A stretch of DNA of 64,000 nt from Eledone cirrhosa (taxonomy: Eukaryota): contig OZ024748.1 in NCBI GenBank assembly GCA_964016885.1, positions 4,464,001 through 4,528,000 on the forward strand. Direction: 5' to 3'. Position numbers and translations under genes: made by a program. Each line of letters begins with the position of its first letter. The stretch's first letter is position 1. Positions 1-13,590 of this stretch are shown here, in pieces. The notes under the pieces are model-generated. The model did no database searches. It was given only the letters and a program-made list of their open reading frames with translations, and was not told the origin of the DNA.

Positions 1-980
1 ACCATCTCTACTTTCTGTGACATTTAACTGCTTTTTATTAGCCCTAAGTAGCCCTAAGTAGAACCCTAAAGAGATTGTGGTGGGACTTTACACACAAATA
101 AATCCCTAATTATTGATTATATTGTCCCTGTCAAACCCTATCACTTCTTTTTACACAAGATTTTACTGTTGTTTATGGGACACTAGAGTCAAAAGATATA
201 GCTCCTCTATATACACTCATCACATGACATATTAATGTCGAACCGTCGATTTATATGGCCACTGTCAAACACCAACCAACTTCCAGAAAATATAATATAT
301 GTATGATGTTTATTACACACAGGAAACCTTTTACAAATAGAAATAAATATAATTACGATCACACATCCCTATATATAAAACACCTCATTAGTGATTGTAT
401 TTCTACTGAGAAGCTCCCATACATTATTTACGAAATATTATACCAATTTATTACACACAAAACCTTATATATAGAGGTTACAGCCACAGCACAGCTTTTA
501 CAAAATACCACTGTTATTTATTACATACAAAATAAAGGAGTCGATGGTCATTTCGGATCAAAGAGACCATGTATCTATTGGTCTTCAAACTGTTGATATT
601 ATCTGCTGATCACAACTCCCGATAGAACGAGGATCCCCACCAGCGACGGCCTTAGCAATTTATTTGTTCCCTCAGCTGAGCTTTTTAGTTTTAGGATGAT
701 TAGAATATTTGAAATGAATATTAGTATGTATAACATCTCAATTCTAATTACTTGCGTCATGCTAACTTTCATATATAAAATTGGGGGTTTACTGTGTATT
801 CTAATTTTTAGTATATGAGCCCTAATCAATCTGAAGTGCCCCGAGTACCTCAGGGTCTAACCAACCCTGCCTACAACTCTATCAGGAGTTACGGGTCCAA
901 ACATACATACATATATACATAGGTTATATGAAGCATTGCAAAATATGTTTAGTATTGTTTTGGGGGAATATAAGTTGGGA

Positions 981-1153
981 AATAATTGTTTCTACTTTTG
1001 GCACAAGGCCAGCAATTATCCCAGTACATGACTGGTACTTTATTTTATGGACCCCGTAAGGATGACAGGCAAAGTTAACCTCGGCGGGATTTGAACTCAG
1101 ACCGTCACTCTATGCTGTAAAGCATGGCGTCGTACCCACATAAGACACTGCCC
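981..1153 (-). mobile_element. tRNA-derived SINE with Meta-type core (short subfamily)
   Basis: Reverse complement reads B-box GAGTTCAAATCCC, then core GAGGTTAACTTTGCC..CATCCTTACGGGGTC.ATAAAATAAAGTACCAGT, then tail GGCCTTGTGCCAAAAGTAGAAACAATTATT; recurs about 25 times in the window. Confidence 0.85.
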
Positions 1154-1176
1154 ATACAATGCCCTATAAGTTGGAA

Positions 1177-1248
1177 AATAATTGTTTCTATTTTTGGCAC
1201 AAGGTCAGCAATTATATCATTGCATTACTGGTACTTTATTTTATCGAC
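1177..1248 (-). mobile_element. SINE 3' fragment, tandem with previous copy
   Basis: Same tail and core sequence, preceded by the same TATAAGTTGG flank as the 981 copy. Confidence 0.75.
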
Positions 1249-2357
1249 GTTAAAACTAGACTATAGTAAAACAAACAAAAGAATACTTTATTATTTTATT
1301 TTATATTTCATTATATTTCGCAATAAAGAAATAGAAGGGAATGATGATGATGAGTGAAGCTTTCCCAGAACAACTATAACAGCCATTTGTGACACACAAC
1401 AACCCAGAGAAAGGAGTTACAACCCCAACATCAATAAAAAAGATTTATTCAATTATTAGCCATTTTTTTTCTCACAAGGAACCAATCTAGTTTTCAGAAA
1501 TGTTATCGCTATCTAGAGTTTAGTGGTGTTTATTTGACACGAGAGCCTTAAAAAAATGTCTTCCCGTCACAACCACAACCAACACCACCACTACCGCTAC
1601 GGCTACACCCATACACTATTAACTCTTTAAAAAAAAAAATACCCCAATTACTAAACATTTTGCCACAATAAAACTCCACCCACTTTTTATGACATTTAAT
1701 AGCTGTTTATTACACATATGACTATAAAGATATTATTGCCTCCTCTACATAAAACATAAACGTACAATATGTTACCGTTTAGACATTATCAAACACCATT
1801 CACTTTTCACATTTCATCACAGTTTATTACACATCTAACCATAAAAAAATCTACCCTCTCCCTTCCTTAGTCCCTCCTCATAGATTTAATACATAAAGTA
1901 GAATATGCTACCATTTTTCCCCTATTAAACACAGAACTAACTCACTATATAACAAATGTATCCAGTGCGTGTTTATTCCACACAAAACCATAAAGACATT
2001 ATGCTCCCTCTGCAACCCATTTTATAACACGAAACCCCAATTACTTATTTGAAACCGAAATGACAGTTTTATTTTAATTTTTCTTTCCTAAGCTCACAAA
2101 ATATCACCCTTAACACTAGTCAACGAAGAAACCTGGTTGTCTTTTTTGGTGGATTATCTTTAGGCATGGTTCTGAGGTTAAGGTGTTAGCTTGGCAGATA
2201 CGTGGTTTTGGTTTCGATCTCTCAGTTCAACACTTTGGAAATATTGGGGTCGATATCATCGACTAAATCAAAGGGGTATACCAATATGGTCGCAGTCTAA
2301 CGATTGAAATAAGCAAACAATAAAAATAATGCCCAAACACACACACACACACACACA

Positions 2358-2451
<94 letters not shown>

Positions 2452-2453
2452 TT

Positions 2454-2507
<54 letters not shown>

Positions 2508-3289
2508 TCTATATATGTATATATAATGAAGAAGGAGGAAGAGAGTGGTACCAATTTTGATTTCAAGGTGTTTTAACGGTTCGCTTCAGTAATTTTTTTT
2601 CTTCGCTGAGATCAAGAACGGAGATGTACTCACTGGAGTGCTTCATTTATAGAGGCTGAGTGAGAGAGAGAGAGAGAAGGAGTGAGAAGGAGAGAGATGG
2701 GGAGAGAGAGAGAGAGAGAAGGGGTAAGGCGGTTGTAAGATAAGATTCATGTCGAGGGAACGAGTAAATAGCAGGAGGTGGTTATGTTTCGGTTTTAAAG
2801 ATAAACAAAACAACACACACAACACACACACACACACAAAACCCCCCTATATATATAGATAAATAAAAGGGCCGATGAATTTCTAGTGGGTAGAAAATAC
2901 TTAGGGACGAGGCTAGTCTAGTCAATGATGGATTCGTGGTGGTGGTGGTGCTGGTGGGTGTGTAGTAGTTGTTGAACGAAGGGAGTGGAAGAAGGAGGTG
3001 GAGAATAAGTGATGTATATTTGGAACGAACAAAAGTGACGGTCAAAATATAGTTTGATCTTTTTTCCGCCGACTTTTAAAACGTTTTCTAAATGGTGGGG
3101 AGGTATGAGCGTTGGTCACGGGTTAACGATCATAGTGGAGTACCGCAAGGTTGTGGTTTGCAACCTATCTTCTTCATTATTTAAGCTCAGAAGGTAGTCT
3201 CTATGATTTATTTAACTTACACAGTTGGAGCTTTCTACTCTCTCTCTTTTTTTTTTCTTTGCTTGAGGTCGCCGTTGTATATACACACA

Positions 3290-3811
<522 letters not shown>

Positions 3812-3812
<1 letters not shown>

Positions 3813-3970
3813 TATTGTTATACATTGGGAGGGTCATGTTGCCAGTAAGAAACACACGCACCAGCGACTTTCACTCCAATTTATTTTAAATTAAATTATA
3901 AATTTAAAACAAATTATAAATTTCCGGTGGGTTGGTTGGTTCCACAACCGGACGGTTGTTCAATTATTGT
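3812..3970 (-). mobile_element. fold-back family C, single arm
   Basis: TATTGTTATAC.TTGGGAGGGTCATGTTGCCA.TAAGAAACACACGC matches the arms at 8004-8185 and stubs at 27088 and 40976. Confidence 0.7.
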
Positions 3971-4217
3971 CAAAGTTCTTTCGCCCCACATTCTGTGACC
4001 TCATCAGTGATTGGGGATTATTTTCTTTGTTGTGTGCCTCTCCTTTGTTCTGTCCTATGCCATTTTGTTTTTGTGTGTGTTGTGTGCTTAGTTTGCGCAT
4101 GTGTTACATCCGGGTGTATACATATAGACACACACACACACACACACAGACATACACACACACACACACACGCACACACATATATATATGTATGTATATA
4201 TATATATATATATATAT

Positions 4218-4380
4218 AACAAAGGAATTGTGGTAAGGAACCCGATGGACCATAAAGCACCAGAGTACTCAATACTTAGGGTAGTAGATGGGTAATAAGA
4301 AAAGGTATGACCCCTACGGCAGAGCTCAAGCCGTTTCGACGGAACGGTTTGAGCTCTGCCGTTGGGGCCATACTTTTTCC

Positions 4381-4382
<2 letters not shown>
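4218..4382 (-). mobile_element. fold-back family A element (tail on left, hairpin 4298-4380) in (TA)n
   Basis: Imperfect inverted repeat centred near 4339; tail AGTACTCAATACTTAGGGTAGTAGA shared with 15695-15775 and 48491-48570. Confidence 0.75.
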
Positions 4383-4449
<67 letters not shown>

Positions 4450-4771
4450 CTGTATGTATTGTTTTGTTGTTGTCGATCTTATCTCTTGCTTTATGTTAAA
4501 TATCGTGAAATACAAATAAGTTACTTAGCAAAACAACTGAATGAGGTGCAGTCGGAGTTGGGGGTTCATTGTGAAGGATTGATAAAGAGAAGTAGCAGGA
4601 GACTGCATGAAGGTGTATATATATGTATGTATGTATGTACGTGTGTATGTATGTATGTATGTGTGTGTTTATGTATGTGTGTATGCGTGCATATATGTAT
4701 ATATTTATATATGTATGTGTATCTCTGTTTGTGTTTGTATGTAGGTAGGTATTTGTGGTAATGTTTATGTT

Positions 4772-4823
<52 letters not shown>

Positions 4824-4941
4824 TTGGCACAAGTCATTTTGTCCCCCACCCCCCACTCTCAAGCGTGAAACTAATATTAACATTTTGTACTGCCTCTTCG
4901 CTTCCACGTTGTTTTTTTGTTTTTTGTTCACTGTCTCAAAT

Positions 4942-4995
<54 letters not shown>

Positions 4996-5306
4996 TATAT
5001 ACATAGTGGCTGCCAACTCGTTTTCGAGTACGGCCACTACTTTATATCCATGTAGGAGAACCCCTACCGATGCGCTGAACAAGTGTGACTTTTTAGTCCA
5101 GCCAGCGACTTGAAAACTCTGGTACAAACACTACACTTGTGACAATTATTGACACATAGTGGTGTTTTATAAATATTTCACATAACCAAGAACAATATAC
5201 CTTAATGGTTCAAGTTATCCCAGTTGAGTGCTCTGAATCAGTTATAAACATATATATTTGTTGAATTACCAACAAATTGAATATCCGTTCCGCTTATATA
5301 TATATA

Positions 5307-5369
<63 letters not shown>

Positions 5370-5407
5370 ATATTAATAAATGGAAACTATATTTATAAAA
5401 GCATATT

Positions 5408-5473
5408 TATTTTATTATACTTATTTCAAGGGCAACCAAGGTAAATTATGGTGCGCTTTCATCAGATAAAATA
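5408..5473 (-). ncRNA. minimal type I hammerhead ribozyme
   Basis: Minus strand: UAUUUUAU-CUGAUGA-stem II-GAAA-U-AAGU-A-UA|AUAAAAUA; 8-bp stem I. Confidence 0.7.
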
Positions 5474-5665
5474 CAGATTTGGTTTATAAATAAATATTGA
5501 CATACCCGGAAAAAAAGACAACCTTAACGGTTGGAGCTTCCTGAGTGCTTTATATCAGTTATAACATTTTTAAGCTTGTTGAATCCCAACAAATTAAATA
5601 TAACCTCTGCATATATATATATACAATATATTAACAAATGGAAACTATATTTATAAAACCATATT

Positions 5666-5731
5666 TATTTTATTATACATATTTCAAGGGCCATCAAGGC
5701 AAATTATGGTGCGCTTTCATCAGATAAAATA
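5666..5731 (-). ncRNA. minimal type I hammerhead ribozyme
   Basis: Reverse complement of the 5881-5946 motif. Confidence 0.75.
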
Positions 5732-5880
5732 CAGATTTGTTTTATAAATAAATATTGACATACTCTGAAAAAAGACAACCTTAACTTAGCTTCCTGGATA
5801 GCTTCCAGGAAGCTCCAACTGTTAAGGTTGTCTTTTTTTCCGGGTATGTCAATATTTATTTATAAAACAAATCTGTATTG

Positions 5881-5946
5881 TATTTTATCTGATGAAAGCG
5901 CACCATAATTTGCCTTGATGGCCCTTGAAATATGTATAATAAAATA
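5881..5946 (+). ncRNA. minimal type I hammerhead ribozyme
   Basis: TATTTTAT CTGATGA(5889-95) AAG..CCAT..ATGG..CTT GAAA(5927-30) T ATGT A TA|ATAAAATA; perfect 8-bp stem I, AUA cleavage triplet. Confidence 0.78.
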
Positions 5947-6076
5947 AATATGGTTTTATAAATATAGTTTCCATTTGTTAATATATTGTATATTTACTCC
6001 ACTAATTTGTTGAGTGCTTTATATCAGTTATAACATTTTTAAGCTTGTCGAATCCCAACAAATTAAATATAACCTC

Positions 6077-6123
<47 letters not shown>

Positions 6124-6320
6124 TATGCACACCAATCCTTATATGTCACACCTGAAGAGAAGCTTACACTGTACCCATTGACTTCGTTTCCATCTAAGCC
6201 AGTCACACTGTAAATATTTTATTAATTTTCTGGTCTACATCTCCTTATAATTGTTTCTTCTTCATCAACGCCAGGATAATCACCACCATACTCCTGATTG
6301 TCATTACTAACACAACGCCA

Positions 6321-6480
<160 letters not shown>

Positions 6481-6484
6481 CTAC

Positions 6485-6515
<31 letters not shown>

Positions 6516-6568
6516 CATTATATATATATACATATATATATATATGTATATATATATAATTTATATGT

Positions 6569-6599
<31 letters not shown>

Positions 6600-6719
6600 G
6601 TATATATATGTATATATATATGGACACACATATGTATGTATGTTTGTGTGATGCCTCACTGGTAATCTTAATCATATATACTTAAAATTAAGATTATTAA
6701 TAGTAATAATAATATGTAA

Positions 6720-7046
6720 CATTGGCACAAAGCCAGCATTTTGGGGAAGGGGAAGGTTGATTAAATAGACCTCAGTATATAACTGGTATTTTATCTTATC
6801 AACCCCGGTAGGAGGAATGTTTAGCGAATCTCGCTGGGATTTAAGTTAAATACCGCAAATCGTTTTGTTCGACGCTCTACTGATATTATATGTTCATGTC
6901 TCATGGGTAATGGTTCTGATTTAGGCAAAACAGGAACTTAGTGGAAGAGAAAGTCGATAAAATCGGCCCCAGTGTGTTACTGGTACTTTATTTTATTGAC
7001 CCCGTAAGGAAGAAAGGCAAAGTTAGCCTCGGTGAGATTTGAACTT
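6720..7046 (-). mobile_element. two diverged SINE copies (long subfamily; 6720-6885 and 6911-7046)
   Basis: ACTGGTACTTTATTTTATTGACCCCGTAAGGA..AAAGGCAAAGTTAGCCTCGG..GATTTGAACT core. Confidence 0.7.
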
Positions 7047-7786
7047 GGGAAGATACAAATAATAATAATAATAAAAACATCAGCAGTATTATCAGGAGCA
7101 GCAATCACCACAGCAACAAGAGGAATCACACAACCAGCGACAACACCACCATCAACAGACGCGCAACCACCATCACTACTAACCACAACATCAACAGCAC
7201 CACCACCAACAACACCACAAATAACACCAACAACTACAACGCCAACCATCAAACACAGCACCAACACCGCCACCACCAACACCACAAACCACTCTAACAC
7301 CATACTTAGTCCCTTCTCCTCGTTCTATTATTTTGTCTTTTCTTCAGTTAAAACATCGTTAGGATCCCTTCTAATTACTGACCCCTCGCTATCTCCTTAC
7401 CAATTTATATATATGTTTTGTATATTCTTATCACATATTGATCTATACATTATTTTGGATTTCATCAGATATATCTCCACTCAGCCATTTCTACTGCACA
7501 GCGATAGCAATCTCTTAAAACATCCACACTAAAAAGGTAGCCATTTTTTATAAATAAATTGCCCAAATTTATCAGATAAAAAGGTTTAAAAGGAAATTAA
7601 ATAAGCTTATATGTTTTCTTACCTTATTTTCTTCGGTTTCTTTTGATCTAAGAATAAACGAATGGATAAATAAATAAATACATACATGCATAAATAAATA
7701 TTTTCTTTTATCAGTTTAATAGAAAAAAAAAAAAGAAAAAAAGAAAACCACGTGTGACTAGGTTTATCGTAATAATTCTTTTTAGC

Positions 7787-7919
7787 ATGGACACAAGGCC
7801 AAACATTTGGTGTAAGGATAAAGTCGAATGTATTGACCCAGCACTTAACTATTATTTTATTTCACCGACCGACCCATGGAAAATGAACAGCAAAGTTGAT
7901 CACGGTGGGGTTTGAACTC
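7787..7919 (-). mobile_element. degenerate SINE
   Basis: GACACAAGGCC...CAAAGTTGATCACGGTGGGGTTTGAACTC. Confidence 0.55.
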
Positions 7920-7947
7920 TCTCAATATATATATATATATATATATA

Positions 7948-8185
7948 TCGTTTCTGAATTTGTTTAGCAAGATTCTTGATCTGAAAACGTGTGTTGAAAT
8001 TGATATTGTTATACTTTGGGAGGGTCATGTTGCCAATAAGAAACACACGCCCCAGTTGCTTCCATTCAAATTTATAAATTTTTTTTTTTTTTAAATTTTA
8101 TAATTTAATTTATAATAAATTGGAGTGAAACAACTGGTGCGTGTGTTTCTTATTGGCAACATGACCCTCCCAAAGTATAACAATA
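7948..8185. mobile_element. fold-back family C element (tail 7948-8003; inverted arms spanning 8004-8185) between TA tracts
   Basis: TATTGTTATACTTTGGGAGGGTCATGTTGCCAATAAGAAACACACGC and its exact reverse complement ending at 8185. Confidence 0.8.
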
Positions 8186-8286
8186 TATATATATATATTT
8201 ATATATATATATATATGTATCATCATCATCATCGTTTAACGTCTCTCGCTAACTTCCCTCTCACTCCTTCTCGGAGTCCCCCACCC

Positions 8287-8420
8287 ACTCTCCTGATGAA
8301 GGGCTTATGCCCGAAACATTCGCAACCACACCCGAACTCTCACCAAGCGTGAAACTAATAATATTTGTAATATTTTCTCCTGCGTTTGTCTGTTTTTTAT
8401 TTTCTATTATTCCGAACTAT
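8287..8420 (+). mobile_element. Penelope-like 3' end with hammerhead core (8293-8317)
   Basis: CTGATGA AGGGC TTAT GCCC GAAAC with intact core and stem II but degenerate stems I and III; downstream CAAGCGTGAAACTAATA tail also at 4860-4948. Confidence 0.55.
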
Positions 8421-8440
8421 ATATATATATATAATTATAT

Positions 8441-8580
8441 CTGACTCTCGGGTTCAATGCGGGGTAACCACAGTTAGTAAGGTACTCAATACATTAGTGG
8501 AATGTATACAACAAATTTAATTCTACAGGAGTAGAACTGTTTCATTCTAGTCTTGTAGAAGCGATTTCTATATTAACACC
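8441..8580 (-). mobile_element. fold-back family B element
   Basis: GGGTTCAAT..GGGGTAACCACAG..AGTAAGGTACTCAATACA tail plus TTCTACAGGA..TCTTGTAGAA hairpin; homologues at 41172-41278 and 58035-58207. Confidence 0.65.
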
Positions 8581-8689
8581 GAATGTATGTATGTGTGTAT
8601 ATATGCACTTAGCTGACTTTTGCCGAGGGACATCATTTGTCATCATCATCACCAGCACCATCAACATTATCATTATTTACACTTCCGCC

Positions 8690-8945
8690 CCCATCACCAC
8701 AACCACCACCACCATCACCACTACCACCACCACCACCACCATCACCACAACCACCACCACCATCACCACTACCACCACCACCACCACCATCACCACAACC
8801 ACCACCACCATCACCACTACCACCACCACCACCACCATCACCACCACCACCACCACCACCACCACCACCACCACCACCACCACCACCACCACCACCACCA
8901 CCACCACCACCACCACCACTACCACCACCATCACCATCATCATCA
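8690..8945. repeat. (CAC)n trinucleotide microsatellite
   Basis: Directly visible. Confidence 0.95.
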
Positions 8946-9256
8946 TGTATTCATTTATTCTATTATTTTTAAATCTTCAACTTTTAATTTCATTTCAAAT
9001 TCCTTCGTTTTGTTTCTATTCATATTCTTTTCTACATCTACACACACACACACACACACTCACGCACACACACACTCACGCACACACACACTCTCACACA
9101 CACACAACAACAACGCATACTCACAGACACACACAACATATACTCACCTACACCCACCTGCAAGCACACGCGTACACACACATGCACCAGGGCATACGAA
9201 CACATCTGCACCAGAACACATTATAAAACGCACACGTATACACATACGCACATACA

Positions 9257-9309
<53 letters not shown>

Positions 9310-9700
9310 TCACATTAACACACTTCAACACAGTTACAAACAGTAACACACTAAAACTCAGACACCCACACATACACACACACACACACACACATACACA
9401 CTCAAAGACACCCACACATACGCACACACAACACCAAAGCACATACATAGCATGCCATACAATCATACAGAACATATCAGCGCACACACACACACACAAA
9501 ACAAACATAGAATAACACACACACACACACACACACATTAAAACACGCACTATCACAAAACACACACTCCACTCACACTTGCGGGAATTCTCCTATTTGT
9601 TCTACAATTAAATTAGAAAATAAAATTAAAGTTCTCCAGTCTCTCAGGTCTTCACAAGATGGATGTAAACATGCTAAAATTTTATAAATTAATTTCCCTA

Positions 9701-9748
<48 letters not shown>

Positions 9749-9923
9749 AAAACGTAAACAGAATTAGCAAAGCAAACGACACAGTACAATGAAGAAATAT
9801 GTTAGTTTAACGCCTGAAATTATAGACAAAAGTCTTAAAGATTCCTTACTATATATATATAAGTTAAAACAATGAAATAAAAAATCAACTCATTAGAGAT
9901 ATACTTCACTGCTTTACGATCCT

Positions 9924-9983
<60 letters not shown>

Positions 9984-10017
9984 TATAGCATGTATTCATT
10001 TTCTACTAGCATTTTAA

Positions 10018-10163
10018 GGGGTCCGTCGAGCTGCGGATTACAGAGTCGGTTAAGATCGATACAGATCGAACCTTGAGCTGATCTTTTCATATTACCCACT
10101 CTACTACCCTAAGTATCGAGTACTCTGGTGGGTTATGGTCTAGCTGGTTTTTACCACACCCTA

Positions 10164-10168
<5 letters not shown>
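10018..10168 (+). mobile_element. family A element variant
   Basis: TATTACCCACTCTACTACCCTAAGTATCGAGTACTCTGGTG..TTATGGTCTA tail running into (TA)n. Confidence 0.7.
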
Positions 10169-10211
<43 letters not shown>

Positions 10212-10962
10212 TTTAACCTGTTCCCTATATATATGCATAGGTACATGCTTTGGAAGACAAAAACGTACATACATACTTACGTATACACAAACACAGATAC
10301 GCGCGCACGTACACACACATACACACAGACTTATTTATATATATATATACACATGCACGTATGTATTTACACGTTTGAAGACCAAACACATGCACATATA
10401 CATACGTACTCACAAACACAATCCCACCAAATAGTTGCACATACACAACAGCTATCATACACCCAGACATATCATCAGATATAGAGACAATAACATACAC
10501 TGAGATATTAACACTTAGAAGCAAAGGAAAAGACAAAGAAAATTCTCTATATAAGAGTAACAAAGACACAACAAAACAAACAAAACACGGAATGTTGTGT
10601 AATGAAGCTTCCGTTTAATAGAATGACGGTTATTACGGATGTTGAGTTTACCTGAATATCAGAATAGCACATTCTGTATTTCCGTTTGATTCGTCAACTA
10701 AAAGAAGATTGATGGATGGAATCGGTGGAGATTCATTTAAGAAAATCGTTCCTTGGAGGAATAACATAACATATTAGGCTCTCATCAATATGATGAAGAT
10801 GTTGTTTTGGACAATAGTTCAATGAATCGTTGGATATATTGTTTGATTTCGTTTCGTCGTTTGCGTTTCGTTTCCTAAGCCCCGCGTTTGTGTTTTTATA
10901 TTTGCTTGCAAATTAAGTGTTTGATGAGAAGAGACCTCGTCTAACAATTAAAGGCGTATGTA

Positions 10963-11049
<87 letters not shown>

Positions 11050-11779
11050 ATATATGTATATATATGTATGTATATATGTATACATACATATATATATACA
11101 TATATATATATACATACACACACACACACATATATATAATATATATATATATATAATATATATATATGTATATGTGTGTGTAGGTATATATGAATTGTAT
11201 ATATGTATATGTATATATGTTTGTGTAGGTACATGTATGAATGGTATATATGTATGTATGAATTGTTTTATATGTATGTGTGTGTATACATATATATATG
11301 AATTGTATATATACGTGTGTGCGTAGCTATATGTATGAAATGGATATATTCCGGTGTACCTTTGTCTGTTGTACTTTTGTGTATGTGCAGTAGACTTGTA
11401 AGAGTAAGTTTAAGTGTATGGTGAGACTTTTGGGAGTGTTGAGGATGTGTATATAATGAAATCATACTCTTCTGTCTCCACCCCTCCCTCTACTTCTAAA
11501 CAATCGACCAAAATGCCTGCGCTATTTACTATAGACCCTTTTCATAAATGTAGTCGAATCTGAGATCAAATCCCACGCAGAATAAATTTCCCTTTCAGCC
11601 TTCGAAAACATAATGTACCAGTCAACCTAAATCTAAATGAAATTATTTGATAAAGCACTGCTACGAACCCGTAGCAGTGGAGGCTTCTGGTGTCTACCTC
11701 CTTACTCACCACCATCGGCACATAGTTGGCTACCTTCAACATCCTCCATGGAAACACCCTCTCTGTTCTGTCTCCCATT

Positions 11780-11990
11780 GCATGACTGGTACTCTATTTT
11801 ATCGACTCCGAAAGGATGAAAGGCAAAGCTAACCTCGGCGTGATTTGAAATCAGAACATAAAGGTTAGCATTGCCTTTCATGCTTAGAGGTTGATAAAAT
11901 AAAGTACCAGTAAGACACTATGGTCGATTTAATCGACTTTTCTCTTCCCTTCAAATTGCTGACCTTGTTCCAAATATAGAAACAATTACT
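11780..11990. mobile_element. back-to-back inverted SINE pair (minus 11780-11862, plus 11863-11990)
   Basis: SINE core present in both orientations, joined near 11862. Confidence 0.7.
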
Positions 11991-12163
11991 ATTTGATGTG
12001 TTGGTGCAGAGTAGCACTTCCGGTCTATTTCAGACACTTCCGAACACTCCTTCCGACAAAGACTCGCTGTTTAAATCCTCGTGTAGATGTTTGGTAAATA
12101 GTGTGGTTATTTTCTCATTTGGGGGAGGGGGAATGTATCGTGTTACTGTCTCTGAACACTTGT

Positions 12164-12217
<54 letters not shown>

Positions 12218-12384
12218 GAACAGAGATAGATAGATTAATAGATAGTGTAAAGATACATAGTCGGTGATAAAGAGAAGAAAGTAAGATATAAGGTAAATAC
12301 AGACAGCTGACAGACAGACAGATAGATATATATATAGATAGATAGATTAATATATATATATATAGATAGATAGATAGATAGATA

Positions 12385-12722
12385 AATTTCTTTATTAGCC
12401 ACAAGGGCACAAAAGAAGGGGACACATAAAATGGGGAGTTTACATACAGGTATATGAAAATAAAACTATTAATAAAATAACAAATAACAATTGAAATCCC
12501 CAATAGGAGGGGAGGCGTTATACAGGGGTTGTACACACCCCGAAAAAATGTACAACCCTCATCTCCAGGAGCACCAAGAGTGAGTACTCCCTTCCTCTCT
12601 TCCTCTTTTTCCTCAACCTACAGGCTTATATAAAGAGAAGGCCCAACCACTCGGGCCATCTTTGCCACATTCACCCACCTTTTATAAAATTTGCTGGAGT
12701 ACAGCACCCCTCTCTCCATCCT
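12385..12722 (-). mobile_element. 5'-truncated L1/Tx1-like LINE 3' end inside (GATA)n
   Basis: Minus-strand IRMERGVLYSSKFYKRWVNVAKMARVVGPSLYISL* resembles Tx1 ORF2 C-termini (from recall); followed by 3' UTR, AATAAA and (TCTA)n. Confidence 0.55.
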
Positions 12723-12790
<68 letters not shown>

Positions 12791-13149
12791 TGTTTAGATA
12801 GATAGATAGACTGATGGATAGGTAGAACAATGACCAAACATAATACAACACGATGCACTTCACACCACCACAAGCTGCACATAGACTAGACACGTAGAAC
12901 CTTAACACAATTAAATAAAACAATGGGAAACCGAAAGACCGTTTGGTTATTATGCAAGGGGCAACGGATGTTGGTGCAGCTAAGCTGGGATCTTACACGT
13001 CCAGGCCACTTTATAGAATTAATCTTCATCAAATACACCCCAAGCAAATCTACAACAATCCTAGAACCCAGTTTACAACAGCATCTTTAAAAGCATTACC
13101 CATGCCACTTAGACCGGCCAATCTAAACAAAATAATTCTGGCCGGACCA

Positions 13150-13252
13150 GCTGTGGTGCATTGTGCTGTGGTGCATTGTGCTGTGGTGCATTGTGCTGTG
13201 GTGCATTGTGCTGTGGTGCATTGTGCTGTGGTGCATTGTGCTGTGGTGCATT
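13150..13252. repeat. 15-bp tandem repeat GCTGTGGTGCATTGT x about 7
   Basis: Directly visible. Confidence 0.95.
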
Positions 13253-13344
13253 TATTACCTGTAAAAGGGACATAAGTGTAACAACTGTCACGTATTCATG
13301 ATCCATTCATACCTTGCTCATTCACCTTCTACATGAACACCACC

Positions 13345-13590
13345 GGATGTTGGTCGTGAGCTTCTACACGGCTGCTCAATTTGCTAGAAATAGCAGCCCT
13401 CGTATTTGACCCAGGGTCAACATTGATCAAGAAAAACTAGAATCGGTGGCCTTTCATTTGTGAGCATCTCATTTGGGGAATTTGCATGGCGCCACGGCTT
13501 AACAAAACACTGGTCACAGATGGAAAGATTTTGATAGAAGACTGCTCAATCAGTACTGACCTAACAACAACAACAACAACAACAACAACA
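13345..13590 (+). mobile_element. second SINE-like family ending in (AAC)n
   Basis: TGCTAGAAATAGCAGCC...GACCTA(AAC)n; related pieces at 14055-14340, 14532-14580 and 42440-42640. Confidence 0.5.

Larger units (their letters stand above)
5165..6080. mobile_element. three tandem units of hammerhead-bearing fold-back family H (Penelope-like pLTR-type)
   Basis: Units end in the tail GAGTGCTTTATATCAGTTATAAC...AATATAACCTCTGCA(TA)n (5543-5611, 6012-6080, degenerate 5226-5295); inverted arms about 5620-5795 and 5805-5992. Confidence 0.75.

Noticed and set aside
6150-6200. Hammerhead at CTGAAGA
   Set aside because: No downstream GAAA or stems.
8004-8185. Classical symmetric MITE interpretation of family C
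   Set aside because: There is a one-sided tail, and single arms of variable length occur elsewhere; this fits the fold-back architecture better, though a MITE is not excluded.
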